DNA from: Lama glama
Lineage: Eukaryota
Length of the DNA: 64,000 nucleotides
Direction: 5' to 3'
NCBI GenBank assembly: GCA_028534125.1
Contig: CM052817.1
Location: 65,040,001 to 65,104,000 of the forward strand
The notes below the pieces were generated by a model. The model was not told the DNA's origin. It made no database searches and saw only the letters and a list, made by a program, of their open reading frames with translations. Made by a program: the position numbers and the translations under genes. Of the stretch, positions 26,851-39,320 are shown piece after piece; the first letter of the stretch is position 1, and the number at the start of each line of letters is the position of its first letter.

Positions 26851-27557
26851 GAAATGAACATGCCAGCTGCCTTGTGGAGAATGGATTGGGAAAGGGTATG
26901 GTAGAAAGGGAGAGCACTAGTTAGAAAGCTGATGTAGATGAGGATATTGCAAGAATTAAGAACGCTCTAATACATTAAGACTCAGGACTAGTTCATGAGA
27001 GGATGAGATATTATCTTTTCATGTCATTGTCCTCCAAGCCTATGATTTTTATAAGCTTTACATGTATCTATTAATATTTTCAACTTGCAACCTTTGAATA
27101 ATTAAAAAACATATTTATTTCTTGGTGTGGATACATTTTTATAAGCTAGATATAGACAGTACATACACAAAGATCATATTGTTAAAGGCCTAAGAAAGCA
27201 TTTACACCAACATCAGACAAACAATTCCTCCTTAACTTGTCCACATCCTGCAGCATATTAAAGACATTAATTGTATTTCCTTTCAACCTTGATCTTTCTA
27301 AGTTGAAAAAATATCTGTCTCTTATAGATGCCCCTTTATTATTATATCTATTTTCAGTCCTCTTGCCTCTCTCTTTTCCTAAATTGACTAGTGGATTTCT
27401 TTGAATGTAGAGTTAGCACTGCATCTGAAAAGCCAAACATGAATACTATGTTTGATTTCATTTCCTTTAGAGCACATTTTTACCTTGTTTTGTCATTTGT
27501 GTTATTCTTAAATGGGTTAGGAGTTTGTTTCGGCAAGAAACCATGAAACACATTTCA

Positions 27558-27646
27558 TGCGTGTGTGTGTGTATGTGTGTGTTTGTGAGTATATGTGTGC
27601 ATGTGAGTGTGTGTATGTGTATATATGTGTGTGTATATGCGTGTGT
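27558..27646. repeat. Degenerate (TG/TA)n microsatellite
   Basis: Mostly alternating purine-pyrimidine tract of about 90 bp. Confidence 0.85.
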
Positions 27647-29257
27647 AGGTCAAGAGGGGTGAAAAGAAGAAGTGACACTGGATCAAAGCTTAAAAAGGAG
27701 CTGGAGGTGAAAGGCAGGGAGACAGAGAGCATTCCAGATCATGAGAATAGCCCAGGGAGCAGGAATGACCCTGCAGCAAGAAAGAACAAGCCCCCCCCCC
27801 CAGCAAATAAAATGCGTCTAGAGCTAAGCTTGCAACATGGAGGCAACAAGCATGAGAAGGGAGAGGCCACCAGTGCAGGGCTTCAGAGGGGGTCGGGGGA
27901 AGAACCATCACCTCCGGAGGGAGGGGAAGCCCAAAGGGAGGAAAAGGAAGGCCCAGCCCAGGAGGCACCCCTGGATTCTCTGGAGTCTTCCAGACAGGAA
28001 CTGAGGCTGGGACAGACGTCTGCTGGGAGTCCCGCTAACTCAGGCAGCATCTGAGATGGGAGGTCTCTTGTGATTGCTCATATCAGATGCCGTCACCTTC
28101 ACAAAAGTGCTGGACGGGGAGGACCGGGTGCATCTAGGGAGGGACACTGAGAGGCAGGGTGGCATGTGAGCTGAGAGGATGAGGCGGTAGGTTCACACAG
28201 GAGTCTTCAGACAAGAGTGTCAAGAGAATCATGCAGGAGTGAAGATATGTTGCAAATAAGACTCAGGAGCTAAACCCACAAACTCTGGACAAGCATCCCT
28301 TCACGTAGGGCCCTGAGCTTCATGCCAGAAGAGTAGCTTCTTAGAAAGTGCCCCACCCCAGACCAGATAAGATGAGCAAGAGGAAGCCAATATGTTAGAA
28401 AATAATTTCGCAAAAACAAAGCAGAAATGTAGATACCCCTGGGGCCTAAAGTTGGAGTAGACCTGGGGTAGTCAGACTGGATGCTGGTGCCCTTACTTGA
28501 GGGGCATTTGTATGACACAATTAAGACCAATACCTATTAAAACTCTACAGGAAAAATGAGTTTGAGCTGTACAGACAAGCAGAAATAAACTTCATGGCAG
28601 TAGTTGAAGCTAGAGTAATAGGACACAAGGGCAGGTATTTGATGATTATAAGGTGATGCTGACAAAGGGTCTGCACTGACCCACCTTTAAGGCGACGTGG
28701 GAGACACATACTCAGTACTATTTATTGAGCGTTCACTCTGTGGTGGGAATTTTAAAGAGGTGACCTCATGTAGCTCTGAAAACAACCAGAAAGGCTAGGA
28801 ATCGGCTTCCACATCAAACAGAAGAGTGGCTGAGACTCAGAGTAGTTTTTCCAGTGGGAGGGGACTGGTAATGATCAAGAGATTTGCTATTTGAAGCCTG
28901 GTCTGTCTGACTCCAGTCCACAGGGTCTTGCTTCTGCCCCAGCTGCCGCCAAGTTAACAGAACCAAAAGAATTCTCATTTCTTTCTCTTCTGATTCCTTA
29001 ATGCCAAGTCTGCTAAAACCTATCTTTATTAATTAACGTTTCTCCCAAATCTGCTTCTCATATGTTTTCTCTCTGTGGCTCCCTTGGCATTCATCCCATT
29101 TAGTCAGGCTTGACCCCTTTCTCCCACTCATCCCCCGCCTCCAATCTGTTCACAAGATCTGGCAATTCTAATCCTGTCTTCATTTTCACAGTCCCCTATC
29201 TCTGCCTGACAGGACACCTAACGCCGTGCCTCAAGACTTCTAGATGCCCAGGTTGAA

Positions 29258-29721
29258 ATAACCTCCAAAATGGCCCCCAATGATCCCTGCCTGCTGCTAA
29301 TTACACGTTTGAGTCACCCCCTCTCCTTGCATGTGAACTGGGTTTGGCAACGCACTTTGAATGAATAGAATAATATGGCAATTGGGGAGGGAAATCACTT
29401 CTGAGGCTAGGCTACGAAAAGACCAGTTTCTGTCTAGCTTGCCCTTGCTTGCTCTCTCTCATGCTGGCTTTGATGGATGCTGGCTGCTGTGTTATGGGCA
29501 GCCCTATGGAAAGGCTCATGTGGCAAGGAAGTGGGGGAGGTCTCTGGCCAATGGCATTGAGAAACTGAGGTTCCCAGTCCAAAGATCTATGAAGACCTGA
29601 ATCCTGCCCATAACTGTGCCCAGACTTCTGACCCACAGAAACTATGAGATAATGAATGCTTGCTGTTTAAATCTGCTATATTTTGGGATGATTTATCATG
29701 CAGCAATAGATAACTAGTGTA
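29258..29721 (+). mobile_element. MaLR LTR (MLT1F/E-like)
   Basis: AAATGGCCCCCAATGATCCCTGCCT...GACTTCTGACCCACAGAAACTATGAGATAAT...GCAGCAATAGATAACT. Confidence 0.8.
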
Positions 29722-30588
29722 CTTCCTAATGGGTATTCCCAAATCTGGGAGTGGATTGTTAGTTAGCTTTTCTGCTGCCAAGTTAACCTTTTAGAAATAT
29801 TGTTCTGATTATGTCATTCCCATGTTCAAAAACTTCCAATGATCCTCATTTGCCTTCAGAAAATATCTAAGCTTCTCAGCTTGGCAAGGATGGTGCTTTA
29901 TCACCAAGTCACAGTACACCTGTTAATAATTAATTGAGGATTATTTCATAGTTGAAGGCAATAATGTATAGTTGAGATATCAACTGAGGCTGCTCTGTCC
30001 CTTAAAGGCTAAATAAAATTGACTGCTACCCGTTTTTGTGGAAAATCCAACATCCTTCCCAAGATTCCTATTGATTCCTGGTGGGTTTGTGTTCTCACAA
30101 TCACCTCTGGCTTCATTCTGCTTCTGCTGAACTAACTCAGTGTAAGGATTACCTCTCCAGCCCCACCCCCGTTACTGTTCCACATCACATCAGCCCAGAT
30201 GTGGAACCCAGTCCCTTTCCTTGACATGACCACACACACACATACATCATACAAGGCTGTTATGTAAAGCATAATTTACCAAATTTTGAGGATTTGACTC
30301 AGCTCAAATAACTTAAATGGACTATAAGATATTACTATTAAAACATTTTTGGAAGGCAGAAAATATAAGTTAATTTTGATTTATATTTGCATAAAAATGG
30401 AAAGAAATACTAGAAACTAAAAAAGAAGTTATCTGATGGGGGTGGTGGGGATGAGTTTTGGGTATAATGGGGTGGATAGGGACAAAATTTGAACTAAGAC
30501 ATTTCACTGTGCCCTTTATGATATTTTGATTTATGGACCATGTAAATGGTTTTATTTTTTGAGAAAATGAAAATTAAAAAAATAAATT

Positions 30589-30611
30589 GAGGAGGATATA
30601 GCTCAGTGGCA
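30589..30611 (+). mobile_element. SINE 5' end running into the gap
   Basis: GAGGAGGATATAGCTCAGTGGCA immediately before the Ns. Confidence 0.65.
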
Positions 30612-31111
30612 NNNNNNNNNNNNNNNNNNNNNNNNNNNNNNNNNNNNNNNNNNNNNNNNNNNNNNNNNNNNNNNNNNNNNNNNNNNNNNNNNNNNNNNNN
30701 NNNNNNNNNNNNNNNNNNNNNNNNNNNNNNNNNNNNNNNNNNNNNNNNNNNNNNNNNNNNNNNNNNNNNNNNNNNNNNNNNNNNNNNNNNNNNNNNNNNN
30801 NNNNNNNNNNNNNNNNNNNNNNNNNNNNNNNNNNNNNNNNNNNNNNNNNNNNNNNNNNNNNNNNNNNNNNNNNNNNNNNNNNNNNNNNNNNNNNNNNNNN
30901 NNNNNNNNNNNNNNNNNNNNNNNNNNNNNNNNNNNNNNNNNNNNNNNNNNNNNNNNNNNNNNNNNNNNNNNNNNNNNNNNNNNNNNNNNNNNNNNNNNNN
31001 NNNNNNNNNNNNNNNNNNNNNNNNNNNNNNNNNNNNNNNNNNNNNNNNNNNNNNNNNNNNNNNNNNNNNNNNNNNNNNNNNNNNNNNNNNNNNNNNNNNN
31101 NNNNNNNNNNN
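30612..31111. other. Assembly gap (500 N)
   Basis: Run of N read directly. Confidence 0.99.
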
Positions 31112-31252
31112 TCAGTGTCTTCATTCGATAAATGGAAATAATAACACAAACCACTCCATGGAGTTGGTGGGATGAGTTAGTGAGAGTATGTCTGTAAAAC
31201 TAGCACACTGCCTGACATATCAGAAGTGCTCCATAAATGTTTTCTATTATTG
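31112..31252 (+). mobile_element. MIR
   Basis: TCAGTGTCTTCATT...AAATGGAAATAATA...GCCTGACATATCAGAAGTGCTCCATAAATGTT. Confidence 0.7.
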
Positions 31253-32974
31253 CTTCAAGTAATAGTTAATTTATTTATAATTTCTATGTCATGGGGATGG
31301 TATTTCAAAATTTTATCTCATGTTAAATTCAATTATAATTTTGTATATAATTTGAAACAGTTAAACCCTCAATTCCACTGATGATTTTTATTTTGCTCCT
31401 TAGCAAGCTGTGTGACCTCAGGTAGGTCACTTCACCTTTCTGAACCTCATTTTCCTCAGGCATCAAATGAGCAAACTAAAATGAACAATCCCAGATTAAA
31501 GGTCCTGGTAATGTTGACATTCTGTACATCCATGTTTTGGCTTCTATACCTTCCTAACTGTATCCCACCGCATCTCCCACACCCCTACACACATCTCATG
31601 TGTTAATCAAAAAGAACAGCTCACAGTTCCAGGATTCTTCCATTCTCCCCCACCTGCATGCCTTTGCTTTTATCTCAACAGATCCATACCTGTTCAGAAT
31701 GCCTCTTCCTTCAGCAGACTCTCCTCAGTTTCAGCCTTTTGGATATCATCTCCCTCCCCTCTGAAATCCTGGAATGTTTAATCTATGTGTCTCTTGAGGC
31801 AACATCATTCTCTACCTTATATTTTAATCATTTGTTTACATTTTGTCTGTTTCAGACTCTGAGCTCTTTTGAGAGAAAGGTACTTGCATTGCTTCAATAT
31901 ACTTTTTCCATCAGAAATGTTGATCGAGAATATGTTAAGCTAATTCATTTAAGAATGTTAATACTATCAAGCCACACCTATATCACAAAAGAAATCTAAT
32001 ACTGAAATTTCTTTAAAACCTCATTATTTTGTAGCTCAATATGTTCCTATATCAATGTTTGTCATAAGACAACTAAATCATTTGAGTCTGGTAATTACTA
32101 TGCCATGGGATTTAATCTGGAGAGAAGGACCATAAATGTCTAAGAAAGTGTGTGTTTGTTTCTGAGACTGAACTGCACTCCCTTCCTAAGTAGGGCAGCA
32201 GGGATGTGGCGGAAGAGTTGACTCTGTTTGTCTCACATTGGTCTTCTTTCTCTGTCTGGCCTCCCTCCTGGGTGGAACAGATGCAAACGAAAGGCTTTGC
32301 ACAGTTATAGCTAAGCCGGGAGAACCATCCCCAGGGAGGGTTCAGTAAACCTTCATTAGTTGCTAACTATCTTTTGCAGGTTGCTGCTAAATTAAGTTCT
32401 GCAGATTAGTGGCTTTCAGTCTTTCCATGCACGGAGCAGACCGTTCTTGCTCCTGTGAGTAATCCCTAAGGAAGTCAGAGCCGTGATGATCCAAGCGGGG
32501 GTGAGAGCTAAACTCAAGACTGGAGGGGTTTTCAGGGTAATAGTTTTTCTTTTTTTTTTTTAATGTCACAATGTAACATAATGGTGTACAATGCTGGCAG
32601 GTATTAAAACGCAGGCATCTTTCAAACAAGAACCTTTACAAGACGATTTACAAAGAAAAGGCAGATGTCTACTGCATCTGCAAAGACATTATGACAGTTG
32701 TCAATCAGCCACAAAGACCAGAGGGTAACTGAGAACCTCCTCCCCCGCTTCTCTCAGATTTCACTCTATCTGGAAAGATAAATGTCAGACCTCCTGATCG
32801 GGGGGAGTTTCTTTGATTCACAGCAGAACTTTATCTTGTGGTGAATCATAGTTACATTGTCAAGAAAGAAGAATAATATGTACTCAGACACTGAGATTTG
32901 CTGAATTTGTTCAAAGGCATTTCAACTTAGTTCAGCCTTACTGTAAAGCAACCTGAAAATAAGTATTCAGAGTT

Positions 32975-33245
32975 TTAAAATGTGCCTGTCTTTCAACCAA
33001 GAAATCACTCTTCTGGAAATTTAACGTAAAGAAGCAGTTTAAGGTTTTTCCAAATATGTACCTCTACAAATATTTGCATGAGAATGATTTGTAAGAGTGA
33101 AGAGTCAGGAATAACCTAAATGCCCAACAATAGAGGCTTGGTTAAATCAGTTGTTGTCCAGCCATATGCTTGAGTATTATTCAACTCTTCGGATATGGAA
33201 CCTGGTGTGGTAGTAAAGTCAGATTCCATGCAACTGAATTTAAAA
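32975..33245 (+). mobile_element. Ancient L1 (L1ME-like) fragment
   Basis: CCAAGAAATCACTCTTCTGGAAATTTA...CCTAAATGCCCAACAATAG...TGGTTAAAT. Confidence 0.6.
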
Positions 33246-35124
33246 AGGTCATCTTGCTTCCTCTGCTGAGCCACACAACTCTGAACAACAGGGAAGGTGG
33301 GGGAGGAAGAAAAGGAGAAAAACAAAAGCGTCCACTATATTTAGATTTTACCCTGATGGTGATCAGAGCCAGGAATCCTACAAACATCCTCCATACAGGT
33401 GGCTTCAATATCCAGGATGGAAAGCCCTCTCTGGGCACAGGGCGTACTGCAGCCTGGGTGTTACCTCGTTTCTGCACAGGGCCTTGTTTCCCTCTACTTT
33501 GTCTTCATTTCCTCGTCTTCCCGTGCAAGGCAGTTTCAGTGACTGAAAAATCTTTCTCGACCACTATGGCTGGTCCTGTGCTATGGACAAGGCTGACACA
33601 CAGGGGTAAGCAAGATGGCGTAACTCTAGAGATGGGCGTTACAAAGAAAGAGCAGATGCCCCAGAGAGGCTTTCTCTGGAAAAGCCGTCCACCTGACACA
33701 GTGTCTAGGAGAGGTGTTCAGCATTTGCCGCCTGTTCAAGCCTGCTGTTTTTTGTTGTTTCCCTGCAGTTCTTCAAATCTGCGGAGTTGTCGCCTGTTTC
33801 TAGCCTACAGGGTGGCAGGTCCCACCCCATGACCAGCGTGCTGATGAATGGGTGCCTTCCTCTGTGGGCGCTCCTCCCAGGAGCCTCACACCACGATGAG
33901 ACCGATTAGCAGACGTGTCTGCTGGCCTCTTTGTTGACTACTTCTCTGCCAGGCTGGAGACCTCCATTTGGGAATGTTCTATCCTGGCATGAATGAACAT
34001 TTGCTCACCTCTCCCAGTAGCCCAGTATACAAGTCTGTTCCCACATCACACATAGTTTCACAGCTGGGTTGCTATGATAATGATAGAGAATTTTTTCTGA
34101 TCTAAATTAGTATTACTATTTGCCTACAATCTCTTCTTTGAACGATGTTTTTTTTTTTTTTAAGAAAAGAGGGGCTGAAATAGCTAATCTTCAACTATGC
34201 AAATCTGGATGTAAAGAGCTTCAGAAAAAAGCAGTTTTGCACATTCAGAGAACTTGGAAATAAAAGTTTGTACTATTTGTACTATAAAAATACTTTTCTC
34301 CCACAATGCAACTCTAGAAATCCTTCACTCAGATCATTTACGATGATATAAATGGGACTAAAAGTACCAGCCTCTGGCTTATTCTATCTTCCAGTTCTCA
34401 AAAGTACCTGTTCATTAATGCCTCAGCCTCAAATCATTTATTAGCATATGAAAACACTGGCCAGGTTCAAATCCTCAAAGTCTTCTGAAATGCAAATGCA
34501 ACTATAAAACCCAAAGTCAGCTTAATTTATTAGTGATCGTGATCTGCTGGTTTCATTCCATTCTATTCAATTCAACAAACAGAATGTGCTGCGCCAGACA
34601 CCCCTACGGAGAGGGGGACAAAGATGCCCTCAAACCCCTGAAGGTCTCCTGGGAATGACTGGAGCACAAACAGATCATTTCAACCTGATGCCAGCGTGCT
34701 CCGGCTGCTCTTCACACTGGTTGTTATGGGAACACAGAGAGGGAACATTTTACCTGTCTGCAGTTTGAAGATCTGGAGGAAATGTCCGCAGAACTAAGAT
34801 GTGAGAGATGTGTAGAAGTTGATCAGGCCAGTGATGAGGATGGAGCTCCACATTCTAGCAAAGGAGTTTACCCCTGTGTGTGAAGTATGAGTGAGGGAAT
34901 GACAGTCAGTGAGGCTAGAGAAGTTTGAAGTTGACCATAAATCATTACTAGGGTCAACCATTTTGATCTACAGAAATGCCAATTTCATATGGCTCCGTCT
35001 ATCAGTGGAGGTCAGTGCCAGACAACTTTGCATTACCAGGTTGGAGAATTTGCATTTTATCTTGCTTGGGGTGGGGAAGTAATAAAGAATTGCATGCAGA
35101 TGAATTTCTAGTTCAGATTTTAGA

Positions 35125-35510
35125 AAGACCATTCTTGTTTCCTCCTGTCTGGCAGTAGTCCGGGTAAGAGACAGTAGAGGTCTGGACTAAGACTGAGATA
35201 CTAATATGGAGGCACAATTAGAACATGTAATCACAAGATAAAATCTGTCAGAGCTGGGGACTGATTTTTGGTGGGAGAAGAAGAGAGAGAAGAAAGTCTC
35301 AGGTTTCTGGTTTGTTTCACTAGAAGGAAATTGGAGCCATTAACTCATATAAAAAAAGAGAAAAGAAGAAGGTTTGGGGTGAAAACAATGAGTTTGGGAT
35401 ATATTGATTATAAAGTGCTTGAGATAGTTATCCAGAAGGAGACTGAACGTAGGAGTCTATTCCAGGGAGGATTCTGAACTAGAACTGGGGATCTGGGAAT
35501 CATCAGATCA
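35125..35510 (-). mobile_element. L2 fragment
   Basis: GAAAGACCATTCT...CAGGTTTCTGG...GAGCCATTAACT...TGAGTTTGGGATATATTGA. Confidence 0.6.
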
Positions 35511-35899
35511 TCAAGGGGAGGGGGTGAGGAGGGAAGAGGAGGCAGGGGGTCCAAAGCATGAGAGTGGTTGACACTAGTTAGAAGCATGCAGTTTTCAAGG
35601 GACTTTAGAGCCCTGATGTTTTCTTTACATGCTTTATGACTGAAGAGCCTTTAAAAATAATCTTACTCAGAAATCCAACATGTGAAAAAGCGTTGCTCTG
35701 GCTGAAATGGGGGTGAGAGCTGCAGAACCCCACTTACTCAGCTCCCCCCCTTTTCTTCCCTTAAGGTGGTCTCAGAATTGTCTCCACCGAAGAGTCACTA
35801 CTGACTTTTTTCCTTGAGAGGCTTTTGACATGTTTGTAACTATCAACTGCTGATATTTAGAAAAAAGAATCAGAATTCTCTCCATTGATCTTGCCTCTT

Positions 35900-36172
35900 A
35901 CAATAATAACTTACGTAGCATTTATGATGTTTCAGGCACTCTTCTAAATACTTTACCTGTATTAAGCTAACTCATTTACTGCACTCAACAATTTAATGAG
36001 ATATATACTATCATTATAAACATTTTAAAGATGAAAATTAGGCATGAAGGAAAGAGGAAACTGAGGCACAGAGAGGTTAAGTGACTTACCTAAGGCCACA
36101 CAGCTAATAGAGAGAGATCTGATATCCAAACTCCAAAAATCCATCCCCTTAAGTATTTTGTTACGGTGCCTC
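35900..36172 (-). mobile_element. MIR
   Basis: GAGGAAACTGAGGCACAGAGAGGTTAAGTGACTTACCTAAGGCCACACAGCTA core. Confidence 0.8.
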
Positions 36173-37559
36173 TCATATTTTCGTAACTTCTTGTTTCAAC
36201 AGTTTTTGTAATTTACAATAACTTTTTCCCTCTTTCATTCCCTTTGTCCAAATTACCTTTTGTTCAGGACTCAATTTCTTCTATTAGCATAGCAGCATCA
36301 AAAAAGAAAGTACAGCCTCTCTCATACTCTCCATTCTTCTAGGCACACAAATGTCATGAATTCTGATGGTGATTCTTTTTTGGAAGAATTTTCCTGACTC
36401 TTTAAGGCTATGTTCTTCAGTCCTCTATTTATGCAAGTTGGTCCTAAATATTTGATTTCCAGTCACTTTTTTGTTATTTCTGATCTCACTGAAATGCCTT
36501 CTGTAACATAGTTCAGTCCTAGTCTATCATAAACAGGACAAACATTATATTCTAAAGTCAAATTCACTTTTACATTTATTTTAGAGAAGACAGGATATTG
36601 AGGTATACTAATTGGCTCTTAGGCCAGGAAGGAGGAAGTGCTTGTTCAAGCATCTTATTTAACCTTCACAATGAAGCTGTGAGGCATGTGGTTCCATCCT
36701 TATTTTACAGCTGAGGAATGAGACTTCAAGAGGATAATTACACGTACCATTCATCGATGGCTTGCTTTGATCCACCACTCTGTTTCCACACACTATCTCA
36801 TTTAATCCTTAGAGCAAACAAATGAGGTGGTATTATTTATCTCCATTTATAGATGAGGAAAGAAAGGTTTAAGGAGGTTAAATGCACACCCTAGGATCAT
36901 AGAGCAAAAGCTGGTTTATCTGACTTTAAAGATTATCTCCTTTTCTCTTTATTACACCAAGATCTTGGCTCCAACTTCTATTGGAGATTCTGTTATTCTT
37001 ACATTCTTTAGTCTTTCTCTTCATGATTTTCTCAAAATTGGGGTAAATTCAAGTGCCAACCAGATCCAAGCAGGTAACGAAAGGGAGTGAGACAAGCCAT
37101 GTGTCAGAGACATAATGTGCAAGCTGAAGAAGTGGCCGCTGATCCTAGACCTCAGTGTCACAGAACGAGGGTGAGGCTGGTCCCTGCACTAAACAGAGGG
37201 CGAGAAGCCCGGCACCCAGGAGCGACGGAGACTGGCTGTCTGAGGGCTTGGGGCCCCATATTTCTGTGTGGGGACACCACCCTGCATTCCAGATCTTCAG
37301 ATTCTTCATGATGAGACCAAAAGTTACCATTTTAAATTACAGTCTCTAATTGTTCAACAGTGGGGATTAATTCAGCTCTTTCCTCTTGGGCCTCCAGTCT
37401 GGGGACCTCCGCTCTGAAGGTTCTCATGCTCGGTCTGGTTCACTTTATCTTTACTTTCCTCCCCCTTTTCCCAGAATTTCATTTCCCTATTTCTTAAATA
37501 ACTTTTTAAAGAAATATTTCATTTCTTACTTTTAATACTACCTTTATTACACGGGGAGA

Positions 37560-37728
37560 AGACAACCGTGGATGAACCGAAGAGAGAGGCTCCGAACAGA
37601 TTCTTTCCTCAGAGGGTGACAGCCCTAGCCTCAGATCTCTAGCCTCCACAACTGTGAGAAAATACAGTCTGGCGTTTAAGCCACTCAGCCTGGGGCGCTT
37701 TGTTACAGCAGCCTGAGAAGGCTGATAC
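37560..37728 (+). mobile_element. MLT1 LTR 3' fragment
   Basis: TAGCCTCCACAACTGTGAGAAAATAC...GTTTAAGCCACTCAGCCTG...TTTGTTACAGCAGCC. Confidence 0.75.
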
Positions 37729-38274
37729 CCTCTCCTTTACTCTTTGTTCAACACGGTGGCAGGGAGACCCCAATAAAGCGTCAGGCCACTGGGAGGGGGA
37801 GTCTCCTGCTCTGCCCTTCTTGAGTTCTTGTGGCTAGACTAATAACGAAGTTGACACAAGAAAGATTAACAAGAGAAAAAGAAAGAAATGTTAATTCACA
37901 CGCATGGAGGTCTCCTAAAAATGAGACCTGAGAAGTGGCCAAAGCAGGCAGCATTTATTCTTTTTAGACAAAGGAACAATACATTTGTGAAGAATTGACA
38001 GAACCAAGAAACTTAGGTTTGGGCACCCAGTTAGTAAAGACTCTAAACAGAGTTTGGGCTGGGGGTAGTAAATTAAAGAAGTAACAAGGTTTGTTTTTAT
38101 AGGCTTCTTGGCCCGGATTCCCTGTTTCCAGGGATAAAGGTGTCCTTCCACCTCTGGTGCAGGGGTGCACCTTTCCTTGAGGGGTTTATTTCCTGCTTTC
38201 AGGGAGACAGAGGAGGTCAGGGTGTCCCTCTTGTGTTGGCCATTTCTTATGTAACTTTAATTAAAAATAATCTA

Positions 38275-38381
38275 GTGCTCATTTCGGCAGCATATATACT
38301 AACATTGGAATGATACAGAGCAGATGAGCATGGCCCTTGCACAAGGATGACACACAAATTCGTGAAGTGTTTCATATTTTT
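38275..38381 (+). pseudogene. RNU6: Full-length U6 snRNA retrocopy (5' half of a U6/L1 chimera)
   Basis: GTGCTCATTTCGGCAGCATATATACTAACATTGGAATGATACAGAGCAGATGAGCATGG...TTCGTGAAGTGTTTCATATTTTT is collinear with U6 over 107 nt, with substitutions that include CpG decay. Confidence 0.95.
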
Positions 38382-38823
38382 ATGAAATAATGCCATTTGT
38401 AGCAACATGGATGGACCTGGAGATCGACATACAAACTGAAGTAAGTCAAACAGAGAAAGACAAAAATCATATGATGTCACTTATATGTGGAATCTCAAAA
38501 GCAATGACACGAATGAACTTATTTACAAAACAGGGACAGACTCACAGACATAGAAAACAAACTTACGGTTACCAGGGGGGAAGGTGGGTGGGGAGGGATA
38601 AATTGGGAGTTCAGGATTGGCAAATACAAACTATTATATCTAAAATAGATAAACAACAAGGTCCTACTGTATGGCATAGGGAACTATATTGAATATTTTG
38701 TAATAGCCTATAGTGAAAAAGAATAAGAAAAAGAATAATATGCGTGTGTATAACTGAGTCACTATGCTGTACACCAGAAACTAACACATCGTTGTAAATC
38801 GACTACACTTCAGTTTGAAAAAT
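38382..38823 (+). mobile_element. L1 3' end (end of ORF2 plus 3'UTR) fused to U6
   Basis: MPFVATWMDLE L1 ORF2 C-terminal motif, then an artiodactyl L1 3'UTR ending in an A-rich tail. TSD AAAATAATC(T/A)A at 38264-38274 and 38824-38834. Confidence 0.92.
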
Positions 38824-38959
38824 AAAATAATCAATATGCCATTGTGGTGTATTTTGGGACAGCCTTCCCTAAGCTCCACTGAGTCAATTCACACCTATTT
38901 GCTGTTAAAGCTCCCCAAAGCCATCCTTCCGCAGACCCGCAGGGATCCACCCTCTGTCC

Positions 38960-39320
38960 TGTCTTCCCGGTGGCATCCTCTCCTGCAAATCTCCCTCACT
39001 CATGCCCTCATCCTCTCCATCCTGCTCAGGTACCGCCTTCCCCAAGAGTCCTTTCCTGACCATTGGATTTAAAACTACAACCCCCCACAGCCCGCTGCCT
39101 CCCCTCCTTGGCTGCATTCTCATCCTCCGTCGCCCATATTACCGCCTAACAGGGGACATTTTAATGGACCTTTTACTATTGTCTGTCGCCCTTCTAGAAT
39201 AGGTTCCACCGAAGACAAGGAAGTTTGACTGTTTCAGTCACTCCTCTGTCTAGTGTACCTGACACATAATTGGTGCTCAGTAAATAGTTCTTGAATACAT
39301 AAGGGAATTCACGAATGAAG
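38960..39320 (+). mobile_element. L2 3' end (L2a-like)
   Basis: CCTTTCCTGACCA...AATAGGTTCCAC...GTACCTGACACATAATTGGTGCTCAGTAAATA. Confidence 0.7.

Larger units (their letters stand above)
26105..26945 (-). mobile_element. L2 fragment interrupted by two SINEs
   Basis: CACTGTGCTGGGTG...GTCAGGGAAGGCCTTTCTAGGAGGTGA...TGGAGAATGGATTGG. Confidence 0.6.
37790..38878 (-). mobile_element. ERV1-class solo LTR (MER34-like, subfamily uncertain) interrupted by the U6/L1 chimera
   Basis: TG..CA ends. The terminal segment AAAATAATC|AATATGCCATTGTGGTGTATTTTGGG rejoins across the insertion and resembles the reverse complement of the LTR start at 41994. Confidence 0.7.

Noticed and set aside
27557..28054. 165-aa ORF
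   Set aside because: It starts in a TG microsatellite and continues through purine-rich low-complexity sequence; no recognisable homology.
30574..31175. Three ORFs of about 190 aa
   Set aside because: Artefacts of translating the N gap.
33170..33832. 220-aa ORF, the longest in the track
   Set aside because: It begins in an L1M remnant, has no recognisable domain, and its composition looks random.
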